Origin: Candidatus Cloacimonadales bacterium
GTDB taxonomy: Bacteria; Cloacimonadota; Cloacimonadia; Cloacimonadales; JAIOQZ01
DNA length: 64,000 nucleotides
Assembly (NCBI GenBank): GCA_963665815.1
Contig: OY762463.1
Span: forward strand, 2,656,001 to 2,720,000
Reading direction: 5' to 3'
Under the pieces are notes generated by a model that saw only the letters and a program-made list of their open reading frames with translations, did no database searches and had not been told where the DNA came from. The position numbers and the translations under genes are program-made. Shown here piece after piece: positions 30,412-40,241 of the stretch. Within the stretch, counting starts at the first letter, position 1, and the number at the start of each line of letters is the position of its first letter.

Positions 30412-31104
30412 CTACTGCATACTGTTTTTTCTCAGCATTGATATAAAATCTTCGAGGGAAGCTTTTACTGCGTTGTTTATGCAGCAGTAAAGAGAGCCTT
30501 CATTGCATGCATAATCGAATCCATGATTTTCTGAGTTCAGCAGGTAGGATTTCTCCAGAACAATAATATCATGTTCTCTGTCATAAACTTTTATTTCTAA
30601 TTCAAGACTTTTTTTACCTTTATTCTCTGTAAACTCAGCCTTAGGAAAACTTACGACAAACTGAACACCTTTCTCTATAGCTAATTCTGAAAGATTTCTG
30701 GTTTTCGATTTTTTTTTATGTTCAACAAGAAACAGCAAACCAGAACTGTCATAGTTCATTGTTAAATCCTCCATGATCTTCTGTTGATAAAGAAATGATA
30801 TGTATGAGTAAACATCGATATCTTTAACAAACTCAATCTGATTCTTCACCATTTGCATAAAATTATCCTGAAGTCCTTCAGGGATTTCCTGCTCTACACC
30901 TGAATTGAAATAACCTTTCAACTCAATATTCATTGAGTCTATTTCGTTTTGAAGCGTTTTATCTGCTTTAGCCTTATCCGGAACAAGAAATAGTATTGAT
31001 GGGTCATAATCTTTTGCAGCATACAGAGATACTGAACTCAGTACAGAAAAAAGAAAAATAAGAAAAAGTGGCATTTTTAAGAAAACAGCAATATGCTTGA
31101 ACAT
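30412..31104 (-). CDS. Secreted hypothetical protein (family member 2)
   Basis: Signal peptide; DPSILFLVP, QFVVSFP and CNEGSLYCCINNAVKAS motifs. Confidence 0.75.
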   Translation of the reverse strand: MFKHIAVFLKMPLFLIFLFSVLSSVSLYAAKDYDPSILFLVPDKAKADKTLQNEIDSMNIELKGYFNSGVEQEIPEGLQDNFMQMVKNQIEFVKDIDVYSYISFLYQQKIMEDLTMNYDSSGLLFLVEHKKKSKTRNLSELAIEKGVQFVVSFPKAEFTENKGKKSLELEIKVYDREHDIIVLEKSYLLNSENHGFDYACNEGSLYCCINNAVKASLEDFISMLRKNSMQ

Positions 31105-31431
31105 AAAAAAAATCTCCCTATCAGAATTTATGAAGAAACTCAGTTAAGTATTAAGAAAGTCAAGGTAATAATGTTTCTCGATTTTTTATATATGCTCAAG
31201 AACTTGCTTTTTCTGACGGAAGAGATTAAAACTGTTCAGTAAGTATTTCCTTATATATCATTAAGACTTTTTGAACAATTCAATTATTTCCTGATAATGC
31301 CATTAATTTGTTGACATATTGTCTGCTTGTCCATGATAATGAATGAAAGGGAATACTGCATTAAGGATAATAGTTGAATTTTATTTTAGTGCAGAACTCT
31401 CTGAAATTATAAAAGGAAAACATCTAATTCA

Positions 31432-32358
31432 ATGCGAAAAAAGATATCACCTTATTTTTATATTTTGCCTGCAGCAGTAATCATATTCATGTTCAGGTTT
31501 ATTCCAATTATACTCTCTTTTTTTCTAAGCTTCTTCAAGTGGGATGTTAACGGAAGAGGAGATTTCATAGGATTGGAAAACTATGTGAATATACTTCATG
31601 ATTCTGAGTTCTGGCAATCTCTGGGAAACACATTCTGGCTTGTAATACTTGTTGTTCCGGCAACAATCATATTCTCTCTCTTTTTTGCATTTATGCTGAA
31701 TAATATCAAAAAGCTGAGAGGATTTTTCAGAACATTGTATTTTATTCCAACCGTAACATCTCTTGTTGCCGTATCTATAGTGTTCAAAATAATGTTCAAT
31801 CAGAGAAGCGGTTTGATTAATTATATGCTTGGAAAAATAGGTATTCAGCCATTAGGCTGGCTGGCGGAAAGCCGTGGAATCTTTGAATTGATGACAGGAC
31901 ATGATTTACCCGGTATCCTGGGAGGTCCGTCTCTTGCATTATTCTGTATAATAATTCTGACAATCTGGAAATCGCTTGGATATAACACTATTATATATCT
32001 GGCAGGACTTCAGAACATTCCTTCAGTGTACTACGAAGCTGCATCTATAGATGGAGCAAGCTCTGCAAGGAAATTTTTCAGGATTACACTTCCACTTATT
32101 TCGCCAACAACTTTTTATGTGTTAATGATGACCACAATTACAACCTTTCAGGTATTTTCCCAGGTCTATATGATGACAGGACCTCCAATTGGCGGACCGT
32201 TGGGAACAACTAAAGTGATTGTTTACTATATTTTTGACAAAGGACTTGGTGAAGCTGCCAATATGAGCTATGCAAGTGCTGTTGCACTTATACTTTTTGC
32301 GATAATTCTTGCATTAACACTTTTACAGAAGAAGTTGGAGAAAAAGGTTCATTATTAA
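31432..32358 (+). CDS. Carbohydrate ABC transporter permease (MalF/UgpA-like)
   Basis: FIGLENY and YLAGLQNIP...YEAASIDGA (EAA loop) motifs. Confidence 0.93.
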   Translation: MRKKISPYFYILPAAVIIFMFRFIPIILSFFLSFFKWDVNGRGDFIGLENYVNILHDSEFWQSLGNTFWLVILVVPATIIFSLFFAFMLNNIKKLRGFFRTLYFIPTVTSLVAVSIVFKIMFNQRSGLINYMLGKIGIQPLGWLAESRGIFELMTGHDLPGILGGPSLALFCIIILTIWKSLGYNTIIYLAGLQNIPSVYYEAASIDGASSARKFFRITLPLISPTTFYVLMMTTITTFQVFSQVYMMTGPPIGGPLGTTKVIVYYIFDKGLGEAANMSYASAVALILFAIILALTLLQKKLEKKVHY

Positions 32359-33003
32359 ATGGAAGCAACCAGAATATATTTAGTACGACACGGTGAAACT
32401 GTCTGGAACAGAGAAAAAAGATGGCAGGGACACATTGATAAACCCCTGAATGAAACAGGTCTCAAACAGGCTGAAGCAGTAGCGGATTTCTTTCAGGAAC
32501 ATAACTGTGATGTTATCTATTCAAGTGATCTCAGCAGAGCTTATGATACAGCGAAAGCAACAGGTTCAAGAACAGGTGTCAGTATTGTAAAGGATGACAG
32601 ACTTAGAGAAAAACACATGGGAATCATGCAGGGTTTGTCTGTCGAAGAATTCAAAAAGAATAACATAAAAGAATATGATAAAATGATGAGTAATCCTTCG
32701 GAGTATATTATACCTGAGGGTGAAACCATGGAAGAGTTCAGAGATCGGGTAGTAGCCTGTATCAAAGATATTATCTCCGAGAATCCCGGTAAAAAAGCAG
32801 CAGTGTTTTGTCATGGGGGGAATCTGGATGTAATACTGAGGTATGTACTTGATATCCCGTTGACAGTCAAAAGATCCTTCTCCATTTTTAATGGAAGCAT
32901 TGCCAGATTAACCTGCAATGAGGAAGGAATCCGGCTTGATTCATGGGGGATAACCGATCATTTGAAAAGTCTGGATTATTACGATGGGAAAATTCAGTTT
33001 TAA
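32359..33003 (+). CDS. Histidine phosphatase (phosphoglycerate mutase family)
   Basis: LVRHGET, SSDLSRA, LRE and CHGG motifs. Confidence 0.92.
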   Translation: MEATRIYLVRHGETVWNREKRWQGHIDKPLNETGLKQAEAVADFFQEHNCDVIYSSDLSRAYDTAKATGSRTGVSIVKDDRLREKHMGIMQGLSVEEFKKNNIKEYDKMMSNPSEYIIPEGETMEEFRDRVVACIKDIISENPGKKAAVFCHGGNLDVILRYVLDIPLTVKRSFSIFNGSIARLTCNEEGIRLDSWGITDHLKSLDYYDGKIQF

Positions 33004-33015
33004 GGGAAACAGGAA

Positions 33016-33987
33016 ATGAAAAAACTGCCTTTATATATTATTTTGCTTATCTGCGGGATCATAATGGTAATTCCGTTTGTTTGGATGATTACTACTGCAC
33101 TTAAGCCTCAGATAGAAGTTAACAATGGTAATGTCGGATTTATTCCAATGGAAGAATTTGATGAGTATAATAACGGAACAGAGCAAGTTAAAGTTAAAAT
33201 CCTGAAAGAGGATGGAGATAGTACTTACGTGCATATTTTCAATGCAGAAGGTAAAATCAAACGTGCTTTTGCCAAAGTCCAGGCGAATAAAATATCGCAC
33301 AGGAAAGTATACAAGTTATACTGGTCAAACTTCAGAAAAGCATTCAAGAAAGTACCATTCGGGAGATATTTCCTGAATACTATATTTGTGTCGATATTTG
33401 TGATGGTTGGTGTAATAGTAACATCATCTCTGGCTGCTTATGCCTTTGCCAGAATGCGTTTCTTCGGGAAGGATTTCTTGTTTTACCTGTTTGTAAGTAT
33501 GATGATGGTACCTCAACCAATCTATCTTATCCCATCTTATGTACTGATGAGCAGTCTGGGCTGGATAGATACTTACACAGCTCTTATAGTTCCATGGATT
33601 GCCAATATATTCACAATCTTCCTGTTGAGACAACATTTCAAAACTATTCCTCAGGATCTGTTTGATGCTGCAGCAATAGACGGATGCAGCAGATTCAGAA
33701 TGTTATGGCAGATTGTTCTTCCATTATCAAAATCAGTTATATCCACAGCGGCAATTTTCTCAATTATCGGGAGCTGGAACAGCTTCATGTGGCCACTCGT
33801 AATGACGAACAGCGAAGAAATCAGAGTGCTTCAGGTAGGACTAAGCTATTTTGCTCAGGAATCATCATCAATGACAACTCTGTTGATGGCTGCTTCTACA
33901 TTCAGTATTTTACCGCTTGTAATCCTGTTCCTGTTTGCTCAGAAACAGATTATGTCAAGTTTTGCATCAAGCGGATTAAAAGGATAA
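33016..33987 (+). CDS. Carbohydrate ABC transporter permease (MalG/UgpE-like)
   Basis: YFLNT, AAYAFAR, DAAAIDGC and WNSFMWP motifs. Confidence 0.93.
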   Translation: MKKLPLYIILLICGIIMVIPFVWMITTALKPQIEVNNGNVGFIPMEEFDEYNNGTEQVKVKILKEDGDSTYVHIFNAEGKIKRAFAKVQANKISHRKVYKLYWSNFRKAFKKVPFGRYFLNTIFVSIFVMVGVIVTSSLAAYAFARMRFFGKDFLFYLFVSMMMVPQPIYLIPSYVLMSSLGWIDTYTALIVPWIANIFTIFLLRQHFKTIPQDLFDAAAIDGCSRFRMLWQIVLPLSKSVISTAAIFSIIGSWNSFMWPLVMTNSEEIRVLQVGLSYFAQESSSMTTLLMAASTFSILPLVILFLFAQKQIMSSFASSGLKG

Positions 33988-33988
33988 A

Positions 33989-35560
33989 ATGAAGAAATAC
34001 GTATTGATTCTGTTTCTTATCTGCATTTCAGCAGCTTATCTGCAAGCTGAAATCAGGGCTTTCTGGGCTCCTCCCTGGGATATTAACTCCAGAGAAAAGA
34101 TTGACCAGTTAGTTTTTGATGCTGCAGAAAATAATTTCAATACGATTGTTGCGGAAATCAGATACAGAGGTGATGCTCTTTATACACCTAATAGAATCAA
34201 TAAAACATACTCAAATCCGGAGCATATCAGTCGAATTCTTGAAGAGGATTTCGATCCGCTGCAGTATCTTATTGATAAATCCAAAAGATATAATATTCAG
34301 GTTTATGCCTGGGTGACAACATTTGTTGCAACAACAAGACGAGAAGAATCTTTCAGTAAAGATCATGTATATAAGAAATTCCCGGAATGGATTACCTGCG
34401 ATAAGTCGGGAAAACGAATGAACTTCAACTCATATGAAGGAGCTTATCTGGATCCGGGAGTTCCCGAGGTTCATGATTATCTCCTTGAGGTTATAAAAGA
34501 TATTGTAGTTAACTACGATATTGATGGTCTTCAATTTGATTATATTCGCTATCCTGCTAAGAAATTCGGATACAATCCGATCTCGATTGATAACTATAAT
34601 GAATTCTGTGAAATCACAAATTCGGATATAAATTTTGAGACCTGGAAACAGAATCAGATATCACGATTTGTGAAGAGAGCATATCTTGAGTTAAAGCACT
34701 TGAATCCTAATCTGGTAATCTCGGCAGCAGTAATTCCTGATGTAGAGAACGCAAACAGAAATGTTGGTCAAGACTGGTTGAACTGGTTAGAGAATGATTA
34801 TATTGATCAAGTATTCCTGATGGCATATACAAAATCAACTTCTTATCTGATTAAAGAGATTGCTGCACTTGAAAAGAAGGACATTCTTGATAGATGCGTA
34901 ATTGGGTTGAGAGCCTGGTCTGAAAATGGGTATTATCCTTATCGTCAGCTTGCAGGTAAGATATCTGAACTTAAAAATTACGATAGAGCCGGTTTATGTT
35001 TCTTTTACTATAACGGGCTGAAAAAGAACAATTTTCTGGTAAAATTGAAAAGGGACTTTTTTAAGAGGTCCGTGCCGGTATATAAGCGTATGAACTCGGA
35101 TTCAGGAATCTTCGGATATATTACGGATGATCAGGGAAGAGCAGTATCAATGCAGAGAGTAACTCTGAATAAGATTGTATCAACTTATACTGATCAGAAT
35201 GGTTTCTATGCTTTTAACAATGTGAAAACACTCAAAAACATTGTTGCAACTAAAAGTCATGAGTTATATGAATATACTGGAATTATAGATTTTAATCTTC
35301 CTGAGATTGCCAATATTGAGCAACAGAATTTTGTTCTCAAGAATACTCTTTATTCTCTGATAAACTACGAGCAGCCAAGCTCAACTTATGTTTACCAATT
35401 TGGGGAGAACACCGAATCCTTTATGCCTCTTGCCGGTAATTTTCCTTATACAACTGCCAGAAATGAAAGAATTCCACGAATATTCCTGCCTTCTACAGTT
35501 TTCAATAACAGAGTTAATAGAAAACTGGATATCGAAAAAATTTATAAAATAGATTTGTAA
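33989..35560 (+). CDS. Secreted GHL10/DUF187 family glycoside hydrolase-like protein
   Basis: EIRAFW, RYRGDALY, FDPLQY, YAWV, YLDPG and DGLQFDYIRYP motifs. Confidence 0.88.
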   Translation: MKKYVLILFLICISAAYLQAEIRAFWAPPWDINSREKIDQLVFDAAENNFNTIVAEIRYRGDALYTPNRINKTYSNPEHISRILEEDFDPLQYLIDKSKRYNIQVYAWVTTFVATTRREESFSKDHVYKKFPEWITCDKSGKRMNFNSYEGAYLDPGVPEVHDYLLEVIKDIVVNYDIDGLQFDYIRYPAKKFGYNPISIDNYNEFCEITNSDINFETWKQNQISRFVKRAYLELKHLNPNLVISAAVIPDVENANRNVGQDWLNWLENDYIDQVFLMAYTKSTSYLIKEIAALEKKDILDRCVIGLRAWSENGYYPYRQLAGKISELKNYDRAGLCFFYYNGLKKNNFLVKLKRDFFKRSVPVYKRMNSDSGIFGYITDDQGRAVSMQRVTLNKIVSTYTDQNGFYAFNNVKTLKNIVATKSHELYEYTGIIDFNLPEIANIEQQNFVLKNTLYSLINYEQPSSTYVYQFGENTESFMPLAGNFPYTTARNERIPRIFLPSTVFNNRVNRKLDIEKIYKIDL

Positions 35561-35600
35561 AATTACATAAATCCATTATTATTTCTGAAATAGTATTGAG

Positions 35601-36206
35601 GTGAGAATAATGGCTTTTACGTATTTCTGGAGGGACTTACACACATTGAAAAGAGTATCCGGCACTGTATCAAACCTGTTGAAATCCAATGGAGAAGTTA
35701 CAATATGGGATGCCGGCTGTGCAATGGGTCCCGAACCATACACATTAATAATGCTTATGGCTGATTCTTTGTCTGAAAAAGAGTTTGATAAAGTCAAACT
35801 GATTGCGTCGGATTATAATCTTGATTTTGAGAAAGTTGTATCAGATGCAGAATACGATAGTGAAGATATCAGTCGTGTACCTGATAAATATCTGAAAAAG
35901 TACTTTTACATAAATCCGGAAACAGGTTTGTATAAAGTTAAGAGCTTTATTCGGGATAAGCTGCATTTCTATCATCATGATTTGCTAACTTTGAAACCAA
36001 TATTAAAGAACATTGATTTGATTTTATGTAAGAACGTTTTGCTCCATTTTCAACAGGAGCAACGGGTTGAAGTTCTTAAGATGTTTCATTCTTCTCTTAA
36101 ACACAATGGATATCTTGCTACCGAGCAGACACAGAAAATCCCCAGTGATGCTGCGTATTTGTTTGAGCAGGTAGTTTCCGATACTCAACTGCACAGGAAA
36201 AAGTAA
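35601..36206 (+). CDS. CheR-type SAM-dependent methyltransferase (short form)
   Basis: TYFWRD, IWDAGCAMGPEPY, HDLL and LILCKNVLLHF motifs. Confidence 0.85.
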   Translation: MRIMAFTYFWRDLHTLKRVSGTVSNLLKSNGEVTIWDAGCAMGPEPYTLIMLMADSLSEKEFDKVKLIASDYNLDFEKVVSDAEYDSEDISRVPDKYLKKYFYINPETGLYKVKSFIRDKLHFYHHDLLTLKPILKNIDLILCKNVLLHFQQEQRVEVLKMFHSSLKHNGYLATEQTQKIPSDAAYLFEQVVSDTQLHRKK

Positions 36207-36215
36207 CGAATAGAT

Positions 36216-36815
36216 ATGAGAATCCACCCATTGATGGCAGACAGCACATTTTACAGGTCTAATAACTATCTTGTTCTTGGAGAAATGAACAATTTGAAGA
36301 ATGTAAATACTTTAATTGATGCCGGAGGAAATGAAGCCTTTGTTGATCAGTTAAATGAGGTTTACACAGGTATTGGAAAGAAAAAGGTTGAACAGATTAT
36401 CATCACGCATTCTCACTTTGACCATGTAAGTGCATTACCAAGACTTAATGATCTTTATTCTCCTCAGGTATATGCTTTTTCCCCATATTTCAAAGATAGT
36501 ACGAAGCTGAATAACGGGCAGCTAATTAAAGCTGGTGACGGATATCTCGAAGTTCTTCATATTAATGTTCATTCACAAGATTCGATATGTCTCTACTCTC
36601 AATCTGAGAAAATTCTTTTTTCAGGGGATACGATCATGAATGTTAAGAACACTAATGGGAGTTATCATAAATCTTTTGTAGATTTTCTAGAGAGGATCAT
36701 GACATTGAAACTTAATGCTATTTATCCGGGGCATGGTCCAATGATAATAGATAACATAGAAGAAATGCTGCAATTGACATTGAATAATGTGAAGAACAGT
36801 ACAATTTTCGAATAG
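36216..36815 (+). CDS. MBL-fold metallo-hydrolase
   Basis: THSHFDH, HS, SGD and PGHG motifs. Confidence 0.9.
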   Translation: MRIHPLMADSTFYRSNNYLVLGEMNNLKNVNTLIDAGGNEAFVDQLNEVYTGIGKKKVEQIIITHSHFDHVSALPRLNDLYSPQVYAFSPYFKDSTKLNNGQLIKAGDGYLEVLHINVHSQDSICLYSQSEKILFSGDTIMNVKNTNGSYHKSFVDFLERIMTLKLNAIYPGHGPMIIDNIEEMLQLTLNNVKNSTIFE

Positions 36816-36833
36816 TTAAAATCACCTTTAAAC

Positions 36834-36867
36834 AAAAAAAACAGACTGTCGCAAAACAACAGTCTGT
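36834..36867 (-). terminator. Terminator of the ferredoxin gene
   Basis: ACAGACTGT/ACAGTCTGT stem with an A tract on the left (U tract on the minus strand). Confidence 0.7.
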
Positions 36868-36885
36868 ATCCAGAAAATAATATTC

Positions 36886-37056
36886 TTACATTTCAAGTGC
36901 TTCAACAGGGCATGAGCTTACACATGCACCACAATCAACACATGCATCACCGTCAACTTTAACGACGTCTCCGTCCATTTCTAAGGCACTTACAGGGCAT
37001 GTACCAACACATGCTCCGCAACCAACACATTTAGTTTCATCAACTTTTACTGCCAT
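36886..37056 (-). CDS. Clostridial-type 2[4Fe-4S] ferredoxin, 56 aa (absent from the ORF track)
   Basis: MAVKVDETKCVGCGACVGTCPVSALEMDGDVVKVDGDACVDCGACVSSCPVEALEM*: two CxxCxxCxxxCP motifs. AAGGAGG RBS. Confidence 0.95.
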   Translation of the reverse strand: MAVKVDETKCVGCGACVGTCPVSALEMDGDVVKVDGDACVDCGACVSSCPVEALEM

Positions 37057-37516
37057 TGGTTCCTCCTTGTGTTATTTGTGGCAAAGAATACGATTTAATA
37101 ATTGTCTGTCAATAATTATTGAAGTTCATAACTGCTTTTTTTTGTTAGTGTAATGAAACTTTGGTCGTATTATAGTATAGCTAAAATATTTAATCTGAAC
37201 ATATTCCATCCTTAAGTGAATCTGACAGAAGCTTAGCTTAATAAAAACAGGATTGAAAATTTGAACTTAAGCCGACATGTATTTCAACTCAGTATATAAT
37301 TGATGTTGTGTGTTAAGTAGTTCTTATCCTATAGTAATATATATTTGGTTGGTATAATATTGATTGTTTTTACATTGTAGGGAAAAAAGCAGAACTTCTG
37401 AGCATTTACTAACTTGAGATTGTTCATGAATAAAAAACAAAAGTAATATAAGAATAAAAGGTTGACAGACTTAACTTATTTGTTTTCAATTATATAAAAT
37501 TTGAAAGGAGTCAAAT

Positions 37517-37963
37517 ATGGATAAGGAAATTAAAATTTATGTAATTGATGAAAGAAAATCTGAACTTGATAATAACTTGAATAATATTGCTGAATTCCTT
37601 TTCAAAAGTCTGGAAGAATATGGTGATCCTGTTGAGGATATAAAAAAGGCAATGAAATATGCACTCAGCTCAGATACTTTTGGTGGTTCAGTGATTTATG
37701 CAGAATCAGGCTCGAAAATTGTGGGCGCTGTTGTTATGAATAAGACAGGTATGGATGGCTATATTCCGGAAAATATTCTGGTTTACATTGCTGTAAGCAG
37801 AACAATGCGCGGAAAGGGTATTGGAAAGAAACTGATGAACAAAGCTATAGAAGTTTCCAATGGTAATATTGCTCTTCATGTAGAAGAAGATAATCCTGCT
37901 AAATTTCTTTATGAAAAAGTCGGATTTCAGAAGAAGTATGCAGAAATGCGATTAATAAGGTAG
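37517..37963 (+). CDS. GNAT N-acetyltransferase
   Basis: YIAV...RGKGIGK and LHVEEDNPAKFLYEKVGF motifs. Confidence 0.9.
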   Translation: MDKEIKIYVIDERKSELDNNLNNIAEFLFKSLEEYGDPVEDIKKAMKYALSSDTFGGSVIYAESGSKIVGAVVMNKTGMDGYIPENILVYIAVSRTMRGKGIGKKLMNKAIEVSNGNIALHVEEDNPAKFLYEKVGFQKKYAEMRLIR

Positions 37964-37968
37964 AGTAT

Positions 37969-39039
37969 ATGGCACACTTGATAATGAACAAAGCGAAACT
38001 GCAAAAGAATTTTGAGTTTCTCGATAGAATTTTTGAAGAAGAAGGAATTAAGTGGGCTATCGTATCTAAGGTACTCTGTGGGAATGAAGAGTATCTGAAA
38101 CAGCTTATTGATATTGGTACAAAACAGATATGTGATTCACGTCTGACCAACCTTCAGATGATAAAAGAAATTAAGCCTGAAATTGAAACTATATACATAA
38201 AACCACCATCTCTGCTTGATGTAGAAGATGTTGTGAGGTATGCAGATATTTCCATGAATACGGAATTCGATACAATAGAGGCTCTATCAGAAGAAGCTGG
38301 GAAATTGAATAAAACCCATAAAATAATCATTATGATTGAGATGGGAGAGCTGCGAGAAGGTGTAGTAAGAGAAGAGTTTATTCAGTTTTACGAAAAAGTA
38401 TTCGAACTCAGTAACATAGAAGTGGTTGGTATAGGTGCTAACTTCTCCTGTTTATACGGAGTTCTGCCTAATCCTGATAAGCTGATTATCCTCTGCCTGT
38501 ATGAGCAGCTTATTGAGGCTAAGTTCAACAGACATATTCCATTTGTCTCGGGAGGATCTTCAGTTGTAATTCCGTTAATTCTCAACAATACTCTTCCTCT
38601 TGGAATAAACCATTTCAGAGTTGGTGAAACATTGTTCTTCGGAAAAGATATTTATAATGACAGAGATCTTAAGATGATGCATAATGATGTGTTCAAACTA
38701 TATTGTGAGATTATTGAACTATCTGAAAAGCCTATTGTACCAACTGGTGAAATGGGAACCAATGTAGAAGGTAAAGAATACTCATTCAGGAATAAGGATA
38801 TTGGTAAAACAACCTATAGAGCAATTCTGAACCTTGGACTGCTGGATGTGGATGAAAAACATATCTGGCCTGTTGACCCTGATGTTCACTTTGTGGGAGC
38901 AACATCTGATATGATAGTAATAGATCTTAAAGATAATGAGAACGAATATAAAGTCGGGGATATTCTTGAGTTCAACATGGACTATATGGGACTTCTCAGG
39001 CTGATGAACTCGAGATACATTGAAAAAAGAGTAGTATAA
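37969..39039 (+). CDS. Alanine/ornithine racemase family PLP enzyme
   Basis: VSKVLCG (PLP Lys), DSR, EMGELREG, SGGSS, HFRVGE and GATSDM motifs. Confidence 0.9.
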   Translation: MAHLIMNKAKLQKNFEFLDRIFEEEGIKWAIVSKVLCGNEEYLKQLIDIGTKQICDSRLTNLQMIKEIKPEIETIYIKPPSLLDVEDVVRYADISMNTEFDTIEALSEEAGKLNKTHKIIIMIEMGELREGVVREEFIQFYEKVFELSNIEVVGIGANFSCLYGVLPNPDKLIILCLYEQLIEAKFNRHIPFVSGGSSVVIPLILNNTLPLGINHFRVGETLFFGKDIYNDRDLKMMHNDVFKLYCEIIELSEKPIVPTGEMGTNVEGKEYSFRNKDIGKTTYRAILNLGLLDVDEKHIWPVDPDVHFVGATSDMIVIDLKDNENEYKVGDILEFNMDYMGLLRLMNSRYIEKRVV

Positions 39040-39057
39040 CAAACTTCGTAATACGTT

Positions 39058-39090
39058 AAGGCTGGGGATTTGATCTTCAGCCTTTTTTTT
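39058..39090 (+). terminator. Rho-independent terminator
   Basis: AAGGCTGGGGA/TCTTCAGCCTT stem plus T8. Confidence 0.8.
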
Positions 39091-39091
39091 A

Positions 39092-39946
39092 TTACCATCC
39101 GCGATGTTCTTTCATTTTTTCGCGGTTGAATTTTTCCATCCTATCTTTCTTTCTATTGTATTCTTCATTTCTTCTTTTATTATCGGCATTCATCTGCTTA
39201 ACTTTTTTGTTGTATTCATCATCATCTTTAGGACTGCTGGATAGAGGTCCATCACTAATTTTTATAAGGAAAGCAATTACACTAATCCCCACAACAAAAA
39301 CTATAATTCCACCAAGAATAAGCCCCACAGCAATAACGAAGTAAGTAACAGCAGTTGTAGCCATGAAGATAAGTGGAATTGCTATCAGGCCATGAACAAC
39401 CTGATAGGGGATAGTATACAGTGCTATATGCTTAAAGACAATCAGTTCACGAATTACAGCCCATATAGCCGATACACTCAGGAATACAAGACCAATCCAT
39501 AAAACCCAGCTTATCCAGTGTTGTCCTTTCGGGATACTCAGTAAGCTGAAATCTGTTGCAAAATTTATAAGGTGTTTATATCCGAATGAAAAGAATAAAG
39601 CTATAACAAAAGTGTAGCATATCCAGAATATGTAATATAGTCCTTCTCGTTTGACAATCTTTTCCTTTGTTTCTTCCGGAAACAGCTCAATGACTGTTCC
39701 ATGAATCATAGAGAATGAAAACCAGACTATTATTGTAATTACCAGACCCAACCAGTATCGCCAGTGTTTCCAACTGACAAACTCTTTGAGGTACTCAAAC
39801 AAGCTGATAACTCCTGTTATCTGTTTCATATCGGAGAATGTAGCATATTTACTGCTTTTTGCTGCTGAGTCTTTTACTGCTTCCGGAGCGGCAAACAATG
39901 AAAGCAGAATCAATGTTAAAATAAAAGTCAGAACGGTTTTCTTCAT
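39092..39946 (-). CDS. Membrane protein of unknown function
   Basis: Signal peptide, about 5 TM helices and a charged C-terminal tail. Confidence 0.7.
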   Translation of the reverse strand: MKKTVLTFILTLILLSLFAAPEAVKDSAAKSSKYATFSDMKQITGVISLFEYLKEFVSWKHWRYWLGLVITIIVWFSFSMIHGTVIELFPEETKEKIVKREGLYYIFWICYTFVIALFFSFGYKHLINFATDFSLLSIPKGQHWISWVLWIGLVFLSVSAIWAVIRELIVFKHIALYTIPYQVVHGLIAIPLIFMATTAVTYFVIAVGLILGGIIVFVVGISVIAFLIKISDGPLSSSPKDDDEYNKKVKQMNADNKRRNEEYNRKKDRMEKFNREKMKEHRGW

Positions 39947-40241
39947 ACTGTAATCCTTACTGTTTTCAGTTATATAAACTCAAGTATCAATAGTTACGTG
40001 CAAGCTGACAAGTATAATCTGATTTTTCTTATGTTTATTCCGGTGCATAATTCGCTGGATGAAAGCATGTTCACTTTCTCAGTAAATATAATTATATTTC
40101 CTTGACTTATCTATTCGAGAATCATCGTATTTTAGAAAATTTCAATGAAAGATTTTCTAAATAAAATGAAACCCTTTTATCTGGCTCATGGATAAGAGTA
40201 GGAAAGTTCAGGAAATAGAGAACACTAATCAAGGAGAAAAT

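Noticed and set aside
30379-30414. Stop-codon readthrough or alternative genetic code joining 30412-31104 to the downstream frame
   Set aside because: Three different stops (TAG, TGA, TAA) occur within 12 codons and all three terminate normal genes in the window; decay is more parsimonious.
21985-31104. Integron cassette array
   Set aside because: Genes are on mixed strands with their own promoters, and no repeated attC-like GTTRRRY/RYYYAAC sites or intI were seen.
37060-37516. Riboswitch in the 460 bp gap before the GNAT-racemase operon
   Set aside because: Only weak AT-rich pairing (about 37264-37323) and no recognisable aptamer consensus; divergent promoters explain part of the gap.
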